A DNA stretch of 64,000 nucleotides from an uncultured virus (IMG/VR IMGVR_UViG_3300025450_000023) (Duplodnaviria; Heunggongvirae; Uroviricota; Caudoviricetes). Position numbers and translations under genes: made by a program. The first letter of the stretch is position 1; the number at the start of each line of letters is the position of its first letter. Shown here piece after piece: positions 39,029 through 50,074 of this stretch. The notes below the pieces were generated by a model, which saw only the letters and a program-made list of their open reading frames with translations, had not been told where the DNA came from and did no database searches. The stretch lies in IMG/VR virus record IMGVR_UViG_3300025450_000023; one strand, 5' to 3'.

Positions 39029-40141
39029 TTACGAGTTGTTAACAGTATTACCACTGTTTTCTTTTTCAAAGTCATGTAGGGCAGCTGCTATAACTTGGTG
39101 CATATCATAGTATTTGTATTCTGCTAATCTACCACCAAATAATACATTTGGAAGTGTTTTAGTAAGCTCTTTGTATTGATTATATATTTTAGTATTTTTC
39201 TCGTTGTTAATTGGATAATATGGGGTTAAACCACGTTTCCAATCTTCTGGATACTCTCTTGTAATTAGAGTAAACGGCACATTTACTGGATCAAAGTGCT
39301 TATGTTCAATGATACGAGTGTATGGTACATCGGCAGCTGTATAATTAATTAATGCATTCCCTTGGTAATCTTTAACAGGAACTACTTCATGTTCAAAGCT
39401 TGTAGTTCTATAATCCAAGTCTCCAAATTGATAGTTAAAATATGCATCAATAGGCCCTGTGTACAATACTTTTTTAGCAATTTTATCCCAATTGCTCTTA
39501 TCTGCTAAATAGTCAGTATTGAGTTTTACTTCAATACCAGCAAGCATTTTTTCTATAATTTGAGTATAACCACCAATCGGTATACCTTGGTATGTATCAA
39601 AATAATAATTATCGTCGAAATTTGTTCTTATTGGAATACGTTTAATAATAAACGTTGGTAACTCTTTAGGATCGGCTTTCCATTGCTTTTGAGTGTACCC
39701 TTTAATAAACGTTTCGTATAGTTCTGTACCTATTTCATTAAGGCACCATTCTTCTAAATTTTGCGGGTTATCTATTTTTACTTTACTTGCAAGTAATTTA
39801 TCAATTGCTTCTTGTGGTGTTTTAACACCCCATAACTGATATAACGTTAACAGATTAATTGGAAACGAATAAAGTGTATCTTTATAATATACTTTCGGCC
39901 TATTAACAAAATTATTAAATGTTGCAAACTGGTTTACATAATCCCAGATTTTTTTATTAGATGTATGAAATATGTGAGGCCCGTATTCGTGTACATTAAT
40001 ACCGTTAATATTTTTGGTATATATGTTACCACCTATATGCTCTTTCTTCTCAAGCACTAAGCATTTTTTTCCTGCTTTAGTAGCTTCATATGCAAACACA
40101 GAACCATATAGACCCGAACCAACTATAAGATAATCGTACAT
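39029..40141 (-). CDS. glf: UDP-galactopyranose mutase
   Basis: GSGLYG, HIGGN, YGPHIFHT and GRLAEYKYYDMH. Confidence 0.96.
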   Translation of the reverse strand: MYDYLIVGSGLYGSVFAYEATKAGKKCLVLEKKEHIGGNIYTKNINGINVHEYGPHIFHTSNKKIWDYVNQFATFNNFVNRPKVYYKDTLYSFPINLLTLYQLWGVKTPQEAIDKLLASKVKIDNPQNLEEWCLNEIGTELYETFIKGYTQKQWKADPKELPTFIIKRIPIRTNFDDNYYFDTYQGIPIGGYTQIIEKMLAGIEVKLNTDYLADKSNWDKIAKKVLYTGPIDAYFNYQFGDLDYRTTSFEHEVVPVKDYQGNALINYTAADVPYTRIIEHKHFDPVNVPFTLITREYPEDWKRGLTPYYPINNEKNTKIYNQYKELTKTLPNVLFGGRLAEYKYYDMHQVIAAALHDFEKENSGNTVNNS

Positions 40142-40179
40142 GTTAGTATTATTATATAATAATACCGTAATTATTCAAC

Positions 40180-42135
40180 TCAAGCTGCAGGGCCGTTTGG
40201 ATCTTGATTAAGGTTACCACCAGCTGAATTCCAATGATTGGATGGAGTAGTTGCAGATACTGCAGTGTTTGGCCCGTTCACTAATGATGCATTTGTTTGT
40301 AATGTAGTAGGATCAGCAACCAGTGTTAGTGGTATGTTTTTAAAGTAATGGGTATGAGACTGGTTAATAACTAAACGTATAGTATCGCCATACTGTACAT
40401 TACCACCTGTACCACCACCTGGTTTAAATATTTGTGCTCCGTTATCAGTTATTTTTGTAGATTCGGTAACTTGAAATTCTACAGGTGCTGTAACATGCTG
40501 CAAGTAAGTTTCACCTTTAATATATGTACCGCCCCCTACAACCACATTTTGACTTACACCCAGATTGTCATCAATAACTACTTGTTGACGGTTACGTGTT
40601 CTTAAAGTCATTAAATTAGCTATTACAGAAAGATTAGTACCACCATCAATATTAGTATCATCTGATGATGCTATATTAATCTGTTTACCAGCAATTGCCA
40701 TTATAGTACCACCCAAATTAACCGGGCCAGTAGTTTTAATATCTATACCACCAGAGCCCACTAATAAACTATATCTATTACCAGCGGTTACTGTATAGTT
40801 ACCACCAGGCATATCGTCGATGTGTGTATACTCTATAGCGGGTATTGTAGTGGCTGATAACCCCGTATTATTAAAATATTCCGTTACAGTTTTGTTTGTA
40901 GCATTATACCTGGTGCTATTAAATTTGTTAAACACTAAGCCGACGTTAACCAATTTGTGCTTGGTAATTGTCTCTATATAATTACCACCCTCCCCGAGTT
41001 CAGCTTCTGCTACAGCCATTATAGGGGTTTGTGTTGCTACTATATTCGTTAAATCTCCAGATTTACTACCTTCGTTTTGTGTTAAATAATCGGCTACAGG
41101 AGCATAAGCACCTAACCAATCGTTCATAGCAGATTGCTTTAAACTACCCGCTTTAAGGTAAAAATTACCTTGTATATTATTATCAAAGTCTCTACCCACA
41201 AATAAATTATTATGCCCGTATACAGTTTCAAATTTATCTTTTAATGTAAGATACTGTACATTTTTAGGGCTAAATAAGGAATTGTATTTGTTATTAAACT
41301 CTAAGAAACCACCAGCAAAGTGTGTAACTTTAAATGACTCTCTATCTGTAGTGTTTATAATTTCTATAGCAGCACCGCGTTGATTGATAACCATTTTATT
41401 ACGGTAGGTCTGGGTGTTAAAGTCTTCTACATTTCTTATATTTTTACCGTTGCTTTCAAAAGTTTGCGGGTAGTCTTGATATGTACCGTCATCAGATTGA
41501 AATATACTTGCAAAATCGTCCTGCCCTAAAGACGTACCCATGTATACAGGGTAGGTTGGCATACCGTCTCTAAAAAATACCCAAACCTGTGCACCTACCT
41601 TTGGTACAGCAAAAACACCTTTAGCTGCGTTAGAGTAGGTAGAAGGTCGATACTGAGTACCGGTCGGGTTTACTTTACTTGTGTTATTTGTAGCTGTATC
41701 TGTAAAAGCATCTGTAACTCTAAAATTGTATTTTTCGTATACAAAACCAGGCTTTTCGCCCATTTGTTCTGTATTTAAATTAAATTGAGTATACGAGTTC
41801 GAAAAATTTGTACCAGATAAACTATAAGGAAATTCTGCGTCTGATACAGTCGACTTGTCTCTAAAAGCATTATAAGTACCTGAAGCGTTTTCTCCCATTA
41901 TTGGGCTACATTGTTCTGCCCAAGGTAAAGAGTCTTTTAATTCATTTATAATTAAACTTAAATCTGAATTTATATTAATACCAGGAAACTTAAAGTTGCG
42001 GTCCTGCTTTAAAGCAGCCCACTTATTGTAAACATTTGCATTTACATGAGGTACCCACACCTTGACTCTGCCTCTGTATTCAGGGTCATTATTTTGTACT
42101 ACTATACCAAGATATGTTGAAGAAAAGTTTTTCAT
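40180..42135 (-). CDS. baseplate central spike, gp5/VgrG-like
   Basis: GIVVQNNDP..RGRVKV and P.VG..VWVFF..G....PVY.G OB-fold; beta-rich C-terminus with HTH metal motif. Confidence 0.8.
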   Translation of the reverse strand: MKNFSSTYLGIVVQNNDPEYRGRVKVWVPHVNANVYNKWAALKQDRNFKFPGININSDLSLIINELKDSLPWAEQCSPIMGENASGTYNAFRDKSTVSDAEFPYSLSGTNFSNSYTQFNLNTEQMGEKPGFVYEKYNFRVTDAFTDTATNNTSKVNPTGTQYRPSTYSNAAKGVFAVPKVGAQVWVFFRDGMPTYPVYMGTSLGQDDFASIFQSDDGTYQDYPQTFESNGKNIRNVEDFNTQTYRNKMVINQRGAAIEIINTTDRESFKVTHFAGGFLEFNNKYNSLFSPKNVQYLTLKDKFETVYGHNNLFVGRDFDNNIQGNFYLKAGSLKQSAMNDWLGAYAPVADYLTQNEGSKSGDLTNIVATQTPIMAVAEAELGEGGNYIETITKHKLVNVGLVFNKFNSTRYNATNKTVTEYFNNTGLSATTIPAIEYTHIDDMPGGNYTVTAGNRYSLLVGSGGIDIKTTGPVNLGGTIMAIAGKQINIASSDDTNIDGGTNLSVIANLMTLRTRNRQQVVIDDNLGVSQNVVVGGGTYIKGETYLQHVTAPVEFQVTESTKITDNGAQIFKPGGGTGGNVQYGDTIRLVINQSHTHYFKNIPLTLVADPTTLQTNASLVNGPNTAVSATTPSNHWNSAGGNLNQDPNGPAA

Positions 42136-42947
42136 TACGCGCTTAATGTAATTGTAGTAAGTTGTACTTGATTGCCGATAGTAGTGTTAGTTATATCGAC
42201 TGTTATTGTTGTATCCCCAATAGATGTTGTATCTTCATATTGTATTTGAGTTGACCAATAGTATGGTACCATAAGATTACCTACTATTATATTATTGAAA
42301 GGTAAAAACGGACTTAAAACCGGGTATGTACTGTTTATAACAGTTTGTATGGTACTATTAGAAACAATTCTTCTATTCAAATCCGTATCAGCCATTATTA
42401 GATTACCGTTATTAGGGTTTGTATCTGTACCTGTTGGACCTATGTTAGCTATATTTGCTATAAAAATGTTGTTAGCTACTGTGTAAAAACTCTGTATTGC
42501 CCTGGATATTCCTGTAGGTAACAAGTTATCTATAATAGTATTATAAGGTACTGTACGAGTATTATTTAAGTTATTAGTATAGGATATATAATACAAGCTA
42601 CCAACTGATTCGGAAAACTTTTGATAGTAAGAAGGATATTGTATAGTTATAGCACTTAGCACCAAACTATTAGAGTAATACATTGCTTCATCCCACCAAT
42701 ACTTGCCCCACAATAGCGGTAAACTATCAATAGTTGTACCACTTAAAGAAAATGAAAGATTAGTGACATCACTCCCGGCTAACTGAGCAAAAAAATCAAT
42801 TTGAGAACCTATAGGGTTAGATGAGTACTGAGCTATATAATAACTCTGTGCTACATTTAGTTGAGTAGCAAAATCAGGTACCGTATACCCATTCCAATAA
42901 AATGTGGTATTATATAGATCAAATGTCTTTACAACTGATGTTGCCAT
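42135..42947 (-). CDS. hypothetical virion protein
   Basis: 270 aa in baseplate module. Confidence 0.55.
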   Translation of the reverse strand: MATSVVKTFDLYNTTFYWNGYTVPDFATQLNVAQSYYIAQYSSNPIGSQIDFFAQLAGSDVTNLSFSLSGTTIDSLPLLWGKYWWDEAMYYSNSLVLSAITIQYPSYYQKFSESVGSLYYISYTNNLNNTRTVPYNTIIDNLLPTGISRAIQSFYTVANNIFIANIANIGPTGTDTNPNNGNLIMADTDLNRRIVSNSTIQTVINSTYPVLSPFLPFNNIIVGNLMVPYYWSTQIQYEDTTSIGDTTITVDITNTTIGNQVQLTTITLSA

Positions 42948-42975
42948 TTATTATACTTACCCCTGGTTATAAGTG

Positions 42976-44505
42976 TTACAACACATCGTCCGGAATACGT
43001 GTGTTTTTATCCGCGTGTGGTTTAACTGCAGTAATTGCATTTATATAACCGGTTTGCGTAAACCGGTGCTCAACCTTAACTATGTACCATTGACCTAAAA
43101 ACTTTTCGTCGAAATCTGAATCAATAGAACCTATTTGACGGTCTAATCCTATAAACCGGTTACATTTACGCAATGTAGTGCCTGGTGCTGTAAAGTGTAA
43201 ACATTGATTTAAAAAGAAACCGGATTTAAGTATAGCGTTTCGAGCTTCCGGGTAACGTTCCAGTTTTGTACTACCATACGAATACGGTACTTTAGACACA
43301 GCTATTTCAGTCTTATTTTTGTTTAACGAAAGCAATGCTGTAGGGTTTTGATAATTTGAAAACTTTTTTACATAGTTATCTTGAAAGTAATTTTTTATAC
43401 TATCAACAGTATTATCCGCAAAATCTATACTAAACTCTTTATCTTTTATACTATTACTTGCACAAGGCATATTAATAAACATAAACGCATTATCTAATGC
43501 TGCCATATCTACAAACTGATAGTTATTAACTGTACTCGTGCCACCTAAGTTTAAATTTAAATAATTTGTTGACGATTGAGGGGTTTTAAGTATTGAAGGT
43601 ATTATAACACCTGTTTGTGTAGAAGATGTTAAAAAGAATTGCTCTGCTTGAAGCGGTCCAGCCTCACTACTATTAGTTACTGCTAAAGAAAGCTCTGTGG
43701 CTAATGAAGTTAAAGTCCACTCTTTTGTATAGCGGTTTCTATATAATAATGGAACATCTCCATTAATTTGCCCATACTTTTTACTTGCAACATGTCTATT
43801 AAAAAGATACTCTAAATCATCAATAGCGCTATTATTTGAGGGTGGGTGATAAAATATCTTACTTGCGCCAGGATCCCATTGAGAGTTAAAAGTTTGTACT
43901 TTACTTTTAGCGTTTAATGTATTCTCAATTAAACTTTTTATTGCTAAACCTGTAGGTACTTTTCGGTTATCATCCGAAAGCACACTCGATTTACCTTTTA
44001 AAGAAGGATATAAATCATACAGCGCTTTGTTAGTATTCCAGTTAATTGAATTAGTTTCTGCAAAAAGTTGATAATCGTATTCCCAAAAATAAAGTTTTAT
44101 ATTCTTATCACTTGGCTGTACGCCTGGTATATCTTCAACATCATACACTGAAAACAAATAATTTAATTCCCAACCCTCTGAAGGAAATATGTCTGTTTTT
44201 ATATAATTTGTATCTAAAACTGGTTTAATGTTAATTAACAATAAATCTCTACCGTCGTTACGGAATTTATAATTTGCAGTAGAAGACATAAACTCATTAG
44301 GTCTTCTTTCTATAATATTTTCTTTGTTGTTAATAATAAGATACCCACGTTTAAACCACTCGCGTGAGTCTTCCTCTATAGACAATGTAACTAAAGCAGC
44401 AGTATTAATACCAAAGAGATTACTCTTACAATCATACAACGCCATACCAAACTCATAGGTTTGGTCATTAAGACGTATCCTTGTTGTTTGTGGTGCTTCA
44501 GTCAT
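42976..44505 (-). CDS. putative baseplate hub protein
   Basis: C-terminal G.WYIVKVEH.F motif typical of hub proteins; context. Confidence 0.55.
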   Translation of the reverse strand: MTEAPQTTRIRLNDQTYEFGMALYDCKSNLFGINTAALVTLSIEEDSREWFKRGYLIINNKENIIERRPNEFMSSTANYKFRNDGRDLLLINIKPVLDTNYIKTDIFPSEGWELNYLFSVYDVEDIPGVQPSDKNIKLYFWEYDYQLFAETNSINWNTNKALYDLYPSLKGKSSVLSDDNRKVPTGLAIKSLIENTLNAKSKVQTFNSQWDPGASKIFYHPPSNNSAIDDLEYLFNRHVASKKYGQINGDVPLLYRNRYTKEWTLTSLATELSLAVTNSSEAGPLQAEQFFLTSSTQTGVIIPSILKTPQSSTNYLNLNLGGTSTVNNYQFVDMAALDNAFMFINMPCASNSIKDKEFSIDFADNTVDSIKNYFQDNYVKKFSNYQNPTALLSLNKNKTEIAVSKVPYSYGSTKLERYPEARNAILKSGFFLNQCLHFTAPGTTLRKCNRFIGLDRQIGSIDSDFDEKFLGQWYIVKVEHRFTQTGYINAITAVKPHADKNTRIPDDVL

Positions 44506-44506
44506 G

Positions 44507-44881
44507 TTACGTGTTTGTAGTAGTATTTAACTGAGCAAGTATTTGCCTTACATACTGAGGTGTTAAGTATTTTAACTGTGTACCCGCTTGTGGAAAAAAT
44601 ACCGGGTTTTGTATATTGTTAACAGAGCAAATTAACCACCATAATAGCGTAGTGCCATATAAATTATATGAAATTAATGTATACGACATTTCCCCATGAG
44701 GTACTGTATATACGTTATAGTATGACGGATCAAGATTGGCCGGAAAATTTGTTTTAGCTAAAATATTGTAAAAATAATCACTATTATCGTTTTGGTAAAC
44801 GTTAAAAATATTTTCGTACCTAAAACTTTCAAGAGAAGGTAGTACGTTTATATTGTTCTGATTTGAAGGTGTTTGGTTCAT
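44507..44881 (-). CDS. baseplate wedge gp53-like (LysM-like)
   Basis: ISYNLYG...LWWLI..NNI.NP. Confidence 0.8.
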   Translation of the reverse strand: MNQTPSNQNNINVLPSLESFRYENIFNVYQNDNSDYFYNILAKTNFPANLDPSYYNVYTVPHGEMSYTLISYNLYGTTLLWWLICSVNNIQNPVFFPQAGTQLKYLTPQYVRQILAQLNTTTNT

Positions 44882-44883
44882 AT

Positions 44884-46296
44884 TTAACTTTCAGAAGTAG
44901 TAATGTTTATATTATTACTTGGATCTGCATTTGATAAAAATGTATTACGTGTGTTGAGCAGTACACTCGAAAAAATCAGACTTACTTTATACGCTTCAGG
45001 TATCATTTTAATATAGGGGTCGTTACTTGCAGTTCCCGCTACTTCACCGGTCTTAACATTTATATATCTTACATTACCTACATTTTCAATATTAATGCCG
45101 CTTAAATATGCTAAAGGTATGTTTTTATAGCCAGGTATATCAATACCATATAAGCATGGTGCATCTAAGAAATTAATGCCTTTTCTATTAGGTAAATTTT
45201 GATATGTTATAAGATAGCAAAACTCCCAGTTTTTTTGTATTTGAGTTACATCATCACCATGATCTATAGTGTTATATAGATAAAATTGTACCTGTACATC
45301 TTCTCTTCCAGATGCGCCGTTAAATGCATATAACTCTTCTTTTTTAAGGGTGCCTGCTTGAGTGCCTATTATAGATTGTGCTAAGCCTCGAGTTATATTT
45401 GTTGCACCGGTTAATACACCTATACCTTTTCCAATAGGGGACTTTTTAGCTTTATCTTCAAGCTGTGCGCTTCCACTTTCTCCTGACACGCTTTCTTCAG
45501 TAAGCGCATCGATAATTTGCCCCACACCACTGGCAGTTTTTTGTAAACCTTTTAGTATATCTCCATTACTACTACCCCAACTGTTTCCAACCTTCACCAT
45601 ATTTGCATTGGTGTAGTAAGGTAAAGCATATGTGAACCCGGTTTTTGCTACAGCATACAAACCTTGATAGGGTGCAAATGCAGTAGTTAAATTGTACGGA
45701 ATCTTTTTCGTGGGGTCTGTTTTCGCAGAATCCAACCCTGCAGTATCTGGTAAAGTTACAGCTTTACCGGCTGCACTATTACCAAACAGAGAGTTAGTAA
45801 AATTTTTTAACTGTGTAACGCCGATATTACCGGCTACTGCAATATTATTAATCTCACCACGAAGGCTATACAAATAACCGCGTAACTCGCTTGATTGAGT
45901 TTGTTTATATTCTGTTAAAATAACTTTAGGGATATGCTTTCTACCTTCTCGTTTTGTTAGTGTCCAATCGAAATCATCAAATACGTTTATAACAGACTGT
46001 ATAGTATTATTACCACTACCGGTTGAGTTACTACCAGTCTTACTGTTATTATTAGTAGCTGGTTTTAGTACTGGTGCACCTAACTCATCATCAGGAGCTC
46101 CCCACGTAAACAACAATGGTTCATAATTAGGTTTCTGGCTTCCTGTAGGTGGTGGTGGCTCGGGCTTAGCAACCGGGGTGTTTACCATATTAACATTTGC
46201 ATTGTACATTAAACCACCACCTATAATTGAACCACCGGTATTTACAGTGGGGTTAGTGTTTGTAGTATTGCTACCGCCTGGGTTGTAGAAAGCCAT
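44884..46296 (-). CDS. putative baseplate/tail-tube junction protein (gp48-like)
   Basis: C-terminal tube-fold-like region; context. Confidence 0.45.
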   Translation of the reverse strand: MAFYNPGGSNTTNTNPTVNTGGSIIGGGLMYNANVNMVNTPVAKPEPPPPTGSQKPNYEPLLFTWGAPDDELGAPVLKPATNNNSKTGSNSTGSGNNTIQSVINVFDDFDWTLTKREGRKHIPKVILTEYKQTQSSELRGYLYSLRGEINNIAVAGNIGVTQLKNFTNSLFGNSAAGKAVTLPDTAGLDSAKTDPTKKIPYNLTTAFAPYQGLYAVAKTGFTYALPYYTNANMVKVGNSWGSSNGDILKGLQKTASGVGQIIDALTEESVSGESGSAQLEDKAKKSPIGKGIGVLTGATNITRGLAQSIIGTQAGTLKKEELYAFNGASGREDVQVQFYLYNTIDHGDDVTQIQKNWEFCYLITYQNLPNRKGINFLDAPCLYGIDIPGYKNIPLAYLSGINIENVGNVRYINVKTGEVAGTASNDPYIKMIPEAYKVSLIFSSVLLNTRNTFLSNADPSNNINITTSES

Positions 46297-48218
46297 TATA
46301 GTAATCCTCTCGCGTAAATCATATTATGTCTATACTTACTACGCTCAATGTAAGGTATATCTCTACTTGAGTTTTCTACATTAGCCTCTACGTTGTTTAC
46401 ATTAGAAGCATTATTAACAATAGTAGCTGTAGAGTTTTTAGATGAATTTATACTTTGCTGTGAAGCAGCTAATGGTTCAATAGAACTAATTAACGTATCT
46501 ATCTTTTTCATCAGCTTATCGATATTTTCAGTTTGTACTTTAATGACCGGTAATTCATTTATTTCTTTAGCTTCAGATGTATTAACAACATTACCTAATT
46601 TTGCAGCTTCGGTAACCGCTAATTTTGTAGATACTAAAGATACAGGCATTGCAGGTCCAGCATCTGTCGTTATAGAAGGTATATTGGCACCTTGTACAGA
46701 GGTTTGATTGTTAGTAGCAGAAGCTCTTATAATAGGTGCTGTAACCGCTAAAGCGGCAGTAACAGCTAATAGCTTTATTAAATTAACACTATTAATTGTA
46801 TCAACGAACCTCTTTAATGGATCTAAATTTATACTTAAATCTCCAAAAGATGATAAACTTTGCTTAAATGCTGTAATACTATTAGTAACTCTATCAATAT
46901 TATCTGCCTGTTCCCCTATAGCTACTAATTGATCTAAAGGAGATTTTTGGCCTGATATTTTGCTAAATAACCCACCAACAAAATTACCTATACCAGCTAT
47001 AGCTGTACCTGCTCCGAACCCGGCTATAGCTAAACCAAGCGCCCCTATTGCTACACTTACTTCTAATATTTTTAAAGCAGAAATACCTGCTAATTCCTTT
47101 AATTGATTGGTAAACGTGGTTAGTGGTTTGCTTATTGCTGCCATACCCACACTTAAAGGCACTAATGCAACCCCAAGTACACCAAGTGCAATAGCCCCTG
47201 GTATAATAAATTCTGAAACCAATCCTAATACAGCAGCTACCGCACCTAAACCAAGCAATGCAACAAAGCCTTTTCCGATTGTTTCCCAATTAAGTTCTGC
47301 AAATGTTTTAAGACCTTTACCTGCAAGCCATAACGCTCCCCCGAGAGCTGCCACTGCTGCAGCACCTACAATCATTTCTAAAGAAGAACCAGCTAACAAC
47401 TTAGATGCTCCAATTAAACCTATTAAAGCAACCGATCCTTTAGCGATTGATGTCCAATCTACTAAACCAAACTCTTGAAACCCTTTTGCAGCAGCATATA
47501 ATGATACGCCTAATATACCTATAGTAACTGCTCCTTTCATAGCATCAGTATCACCGAGTTTTTTAAGACCGTCACTTAGCTTACCCAACCCACTACCTAT
47601 TGCACCCATTATACCAAGACCAGCTCCAGTATTAGCGGAAGCATTTGCAGTTGTTGGGGTACTGTTTACTGAAGTTGTAAATACTTTTTTAAGTGCTTCA
47701 AGTGCTTCTGGTTGTATTGTAGCCAGGCTTATTGGCTGTACTTGTACTTCTTTTAGTGCTGCTTCTTCTGCTGAAACACCACCACCAACACCCGCGCCTA
47801 TCGCATTTGAAGATACGTTTTCTAATTTTTCTGATAAATTACCGAACAGTTCTTTTTGATCTCCATAAGACTTAGCATATCGTTCTTTATGTTTTATTTC
47901 TTCTTGATTATATGCTTCACTGTTTTTATACTCTGTTTTGTCGTATTTTTTAATAACGTCAATTAGAGTTTTTTCTAAATTAGTTCCAAGCTTAGCACTT
48001 AATGAATTTAAAGCTTGTGTTTGTAATACCGATTGCTCTAATTGGTCTTTATTATTTAACTCCGCACTTTTAATCAATACATTAATTCGATTGTTTAATA
48101 CATTGGAATTTTTTTCCATTGCATCCAGCCACTTCTGTGGTATAGGGCCAGTTTCTTTAGGCCTTAATGCTGCCATTAAAGATGTAAGAAATCCCGGGTC
48201 GGCTGATTGATCTGCCAT
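46296..48218 (-). CDS. tape-measure-like protein
   Basis: Ala/Gly/Leu-rich hydrophobic repeats with spaced W/F. Confidence 0.6.
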   Translation of the reverse strand: MADQSADPGFLTSLMAALRPKETGPIPQKWLDAMEKNSNVLNNRINVLIKSAELNNKDQLEQSVLQTQALNSLSAKLGTNLEKTLIDVIKKYDKTEYKNSEAYNQEEIKHKERYAKSYGDQKELFGNLSEKLENVSSNAIGAGVGGGVSAEEAALKEVQVQPISLATIQPEALEALKKVFTTSVNSTPTTANASANTGAGLGIMGAIGSGLGKLSDGLKKLGDTDAMKGAVTIGILGVSLYAAAKGFQEFGLVDWTSIAKGSVALIGLIGASKLLAGSSLEMIVGAAAVAALGGALWLAGKGLKTFAELNWETIGKGFVALLGLGAVAAVLGLVSEFIIPGAIALGVLGVALVPLSVGMAAISKPLTTFTNQLKELAGISALKILEVSVAIGALGLAIAGFGAGTAIAGIGNFVGGLFSKISGQKSPLDQLVAIGEQADNIDRVTNSITAFKQSLSSFGDLSINLDPLKRFVDTINSVNLIKLLAVTAALAVTAPIIRASATNNQTSVQGANIPSITTDAGPAMPVSLVSTKLAVTEAAKLGNVVNTSEAKEINELPVIKVQTENIDKLMKKIDTLISSIEPLAASQQSINSSKNSTATIVNNASNVNNVEANVENSSRDIPYIERSKYRHNMIYARGLL

Positions 48219-48252
48219 ACTTAAATACTTAGGTACTGAAGTACCTTAAGGC

Positions 48253-49065
48253 TTATTGATTAACAATAAACAATGTACTATCTACTAATACAGTTAAATC
48301 ACTTACTACTTCCCCAGTCTCTACATCTGTACCTGATACAGTTAATAAATCCTTTTGTATGCTTACGTATTTTTCCATGTACTTAAGTACGTCTTGAATT
48401 ATACTATTTGGCATTTTTTCAAGTAGTGCATGTCGTTTTGCAAACGATAAATTACTATAACCGACTTGTTGTTCTTGATTGTTATAAAAAATGTTAATAT
48501 CTTTAATAAATTTTGACACTTCACCCACGAAAGCGTCTCCTATTGTTTCAGTAATTTGTGCGCTTAATATTTGCTTATCATTAGCTGTTTTTTCGCGTAG
48601 TTGTTTTTCTAAATTGTATTGTTCTATGTATAGAGGAGAACCGACTTGTATTGTAAATGGTACCCCTGTAATAGTATCTGTACCTGGTACGGCAACAACT
48701 TTAAACTTGTTAATAATGTCTTGTAAATTGATATTAAATTTACGATTGTTTTGAAATAAAACATACCCGGTACCCGCTGTAGAAACACGCAATTGTACGG
48801 CTATAGCTGCTGCATCAATAGTTGTTAATAAAGGCACTACACCCGATTCGATGCAATTTTCTTGTATGATATTATATAATGCAATTGTAAATCTGGTTTG
48901 AAATACAGGATTATCAACAGCTGCTTTTAAAATATTTTTCTGTTGACCGGTATTAATGGTTTTAAATTTTACTTCCCTTGTTAAACTCGGTACATACACC
49001 GAAACTGTAACCTCGTTATTAATTGTATCCAATACGGATAGTATGTCATTAAAATTACTGCTCAT
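48253..49065 (-). CDS. baseplate hub assembly protein, gp26-like
   Basis: YVPS...VKFK.I...QQK.IL and QLR..TAG patterns. Confidence 0.6.
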   Translation of the reverse strand: MSSNFNDILSVLDTINNEVTVSVYVPSLTREVKFKTINTGQQKNILKAAVDNPVFQTRFTIALYNIIQENCIESGVVPLLTTIDAAAIAVQLRVSTAGTGYVLFQNNRKFNINLQDIINKFKVVAVPGTDTITGVPFTIQVGSPLYIEQYNLEKQLREKTANDKQILSAQITETIGDAFVGEVSKFIKDINIFYNNQEQQVGYSNLSFAKRHALLEKMPNSIIQDVLKYMEKYVSIQKDLLTVSGTDVETGEVVSDLTVLVDSTLFIVNQ

Positions 49066-49094
49066 ATATAGATTTATGGTGCGTTGATAGGTTA

Positions 49095-50054
49095 TCAAGT
49101 AAACTCACTTGGAGAGTTCTTTCCTGTATCTAACGGCATACCATTGAATCCAGGAACGGACGTATCTCTACTCTTACTTCCAGAGTTAGCTTCTGATTGC
49201 TCTTTTTCTGCTTGCTGTACAAACAATGTCCAATATAATAATTGTTCAGCTGGTGTAATACTATCTACATATTCCGGTGTAAAATTAGCCTTGCTGATTA
49301 AATTTAAATTTATTTTATACAAATTTATTAAATCATCATTAAAGATTAGTTTACAAAATTCCAACAATACTTCAGTATTGGTCGACACCGACAGGTTTAC
49401 AACATAGCTACCTGTATAAGGTGATTTAATAGATAGAAGCTTTGTGTCAGCAAGCGAATCTTCGACACGTGTTAATGATTTGTAAACCTCTGTAGCTAAA
49501 GTTAGTGGTAGTTTTTCAACGAGCTCTATTCTTTCTGAAAAAGTTAAACCTTTAAACGATAAAAACTTTTCGTTAACAGTCATACTATCTATACAAGAGG
49601 CTAACTGATAACTAAACATTTTTTCGGGTTCTATGTTAATAAAATTAATTTCGTCTATAGCCTTTACTATACTGTGGTTTATAGTTATGTTATTAAAAGT
49701 AACTGATTTATTGTAATGTATATTACCAAGTTTAGCTACCAAGTCTTCAATTTTAATAATATATTCAAACTTTTTCTTGGTATCGTTACAAACAGCTTCT
49801 AATTTAAGATCCGGACTTATACAGACTGATCGTATATTAAGCAATAGTATGATCTTATCTACAACGTTAAGTCCGTCCAGTAATATCCCGGGAGAAACGT
49901 GTTCAACTACTTGGTTTAAATGGTGTAAGAACTCTGTTGTATCATTGTTATAAAGGGATTTAACTAAGTCTTTATATAACTTAGCATTAACCTCTTTTAC
50001 CCAGATTTTCTTATAATTAAATCCAGGTAACTTAATTCCATACGTAAAAGCCAT
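49095..50054 (-). CDS. baseplate hub assembly protein, gp26/gp51-like fusion
   Basis: D...LLLNIRS N-terminal part; C-terminal NLYKIN..L.....F..EY.....P.E...Y. Confidence 0.55.
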   Translation of the reverse strand: MAFTYGIKLPGFNYKKIWVKEVNAKLYKDLVKSLYNNDTTEFLHHLNQVVEHVSPGILLDGLNVVDKIILLLNIRSVCISPDLKLEAVCNDTKKKFEYIIKIEDLVAKLGNIHYNKSVTFNNITINHSIVKAIDEINFINIEPEKMFSYQLASCIDSMTVNEKFLSFKGLTFSERIELVEKLPLTLATEVYKSLTRVEDSLADTKLLSIKSPYTGSYVVNLSVSTNTEVLLEFCKLIFNDDLINLYKINLNLISKANFTPEYVDSITPAEQLLYWTLFVQQAEKEQSEANSGSKSRDTSVPGFNGMPLDTGKNSPSEFT

Positions 50055-50074
50055 TATATTGACTTACTATGTAG

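Noticed and set aside
45362..49407. Several + strand ORFs antisense to tail genes
   Set aside because: Shadow ORFs of long minus-strand genes with no motifs
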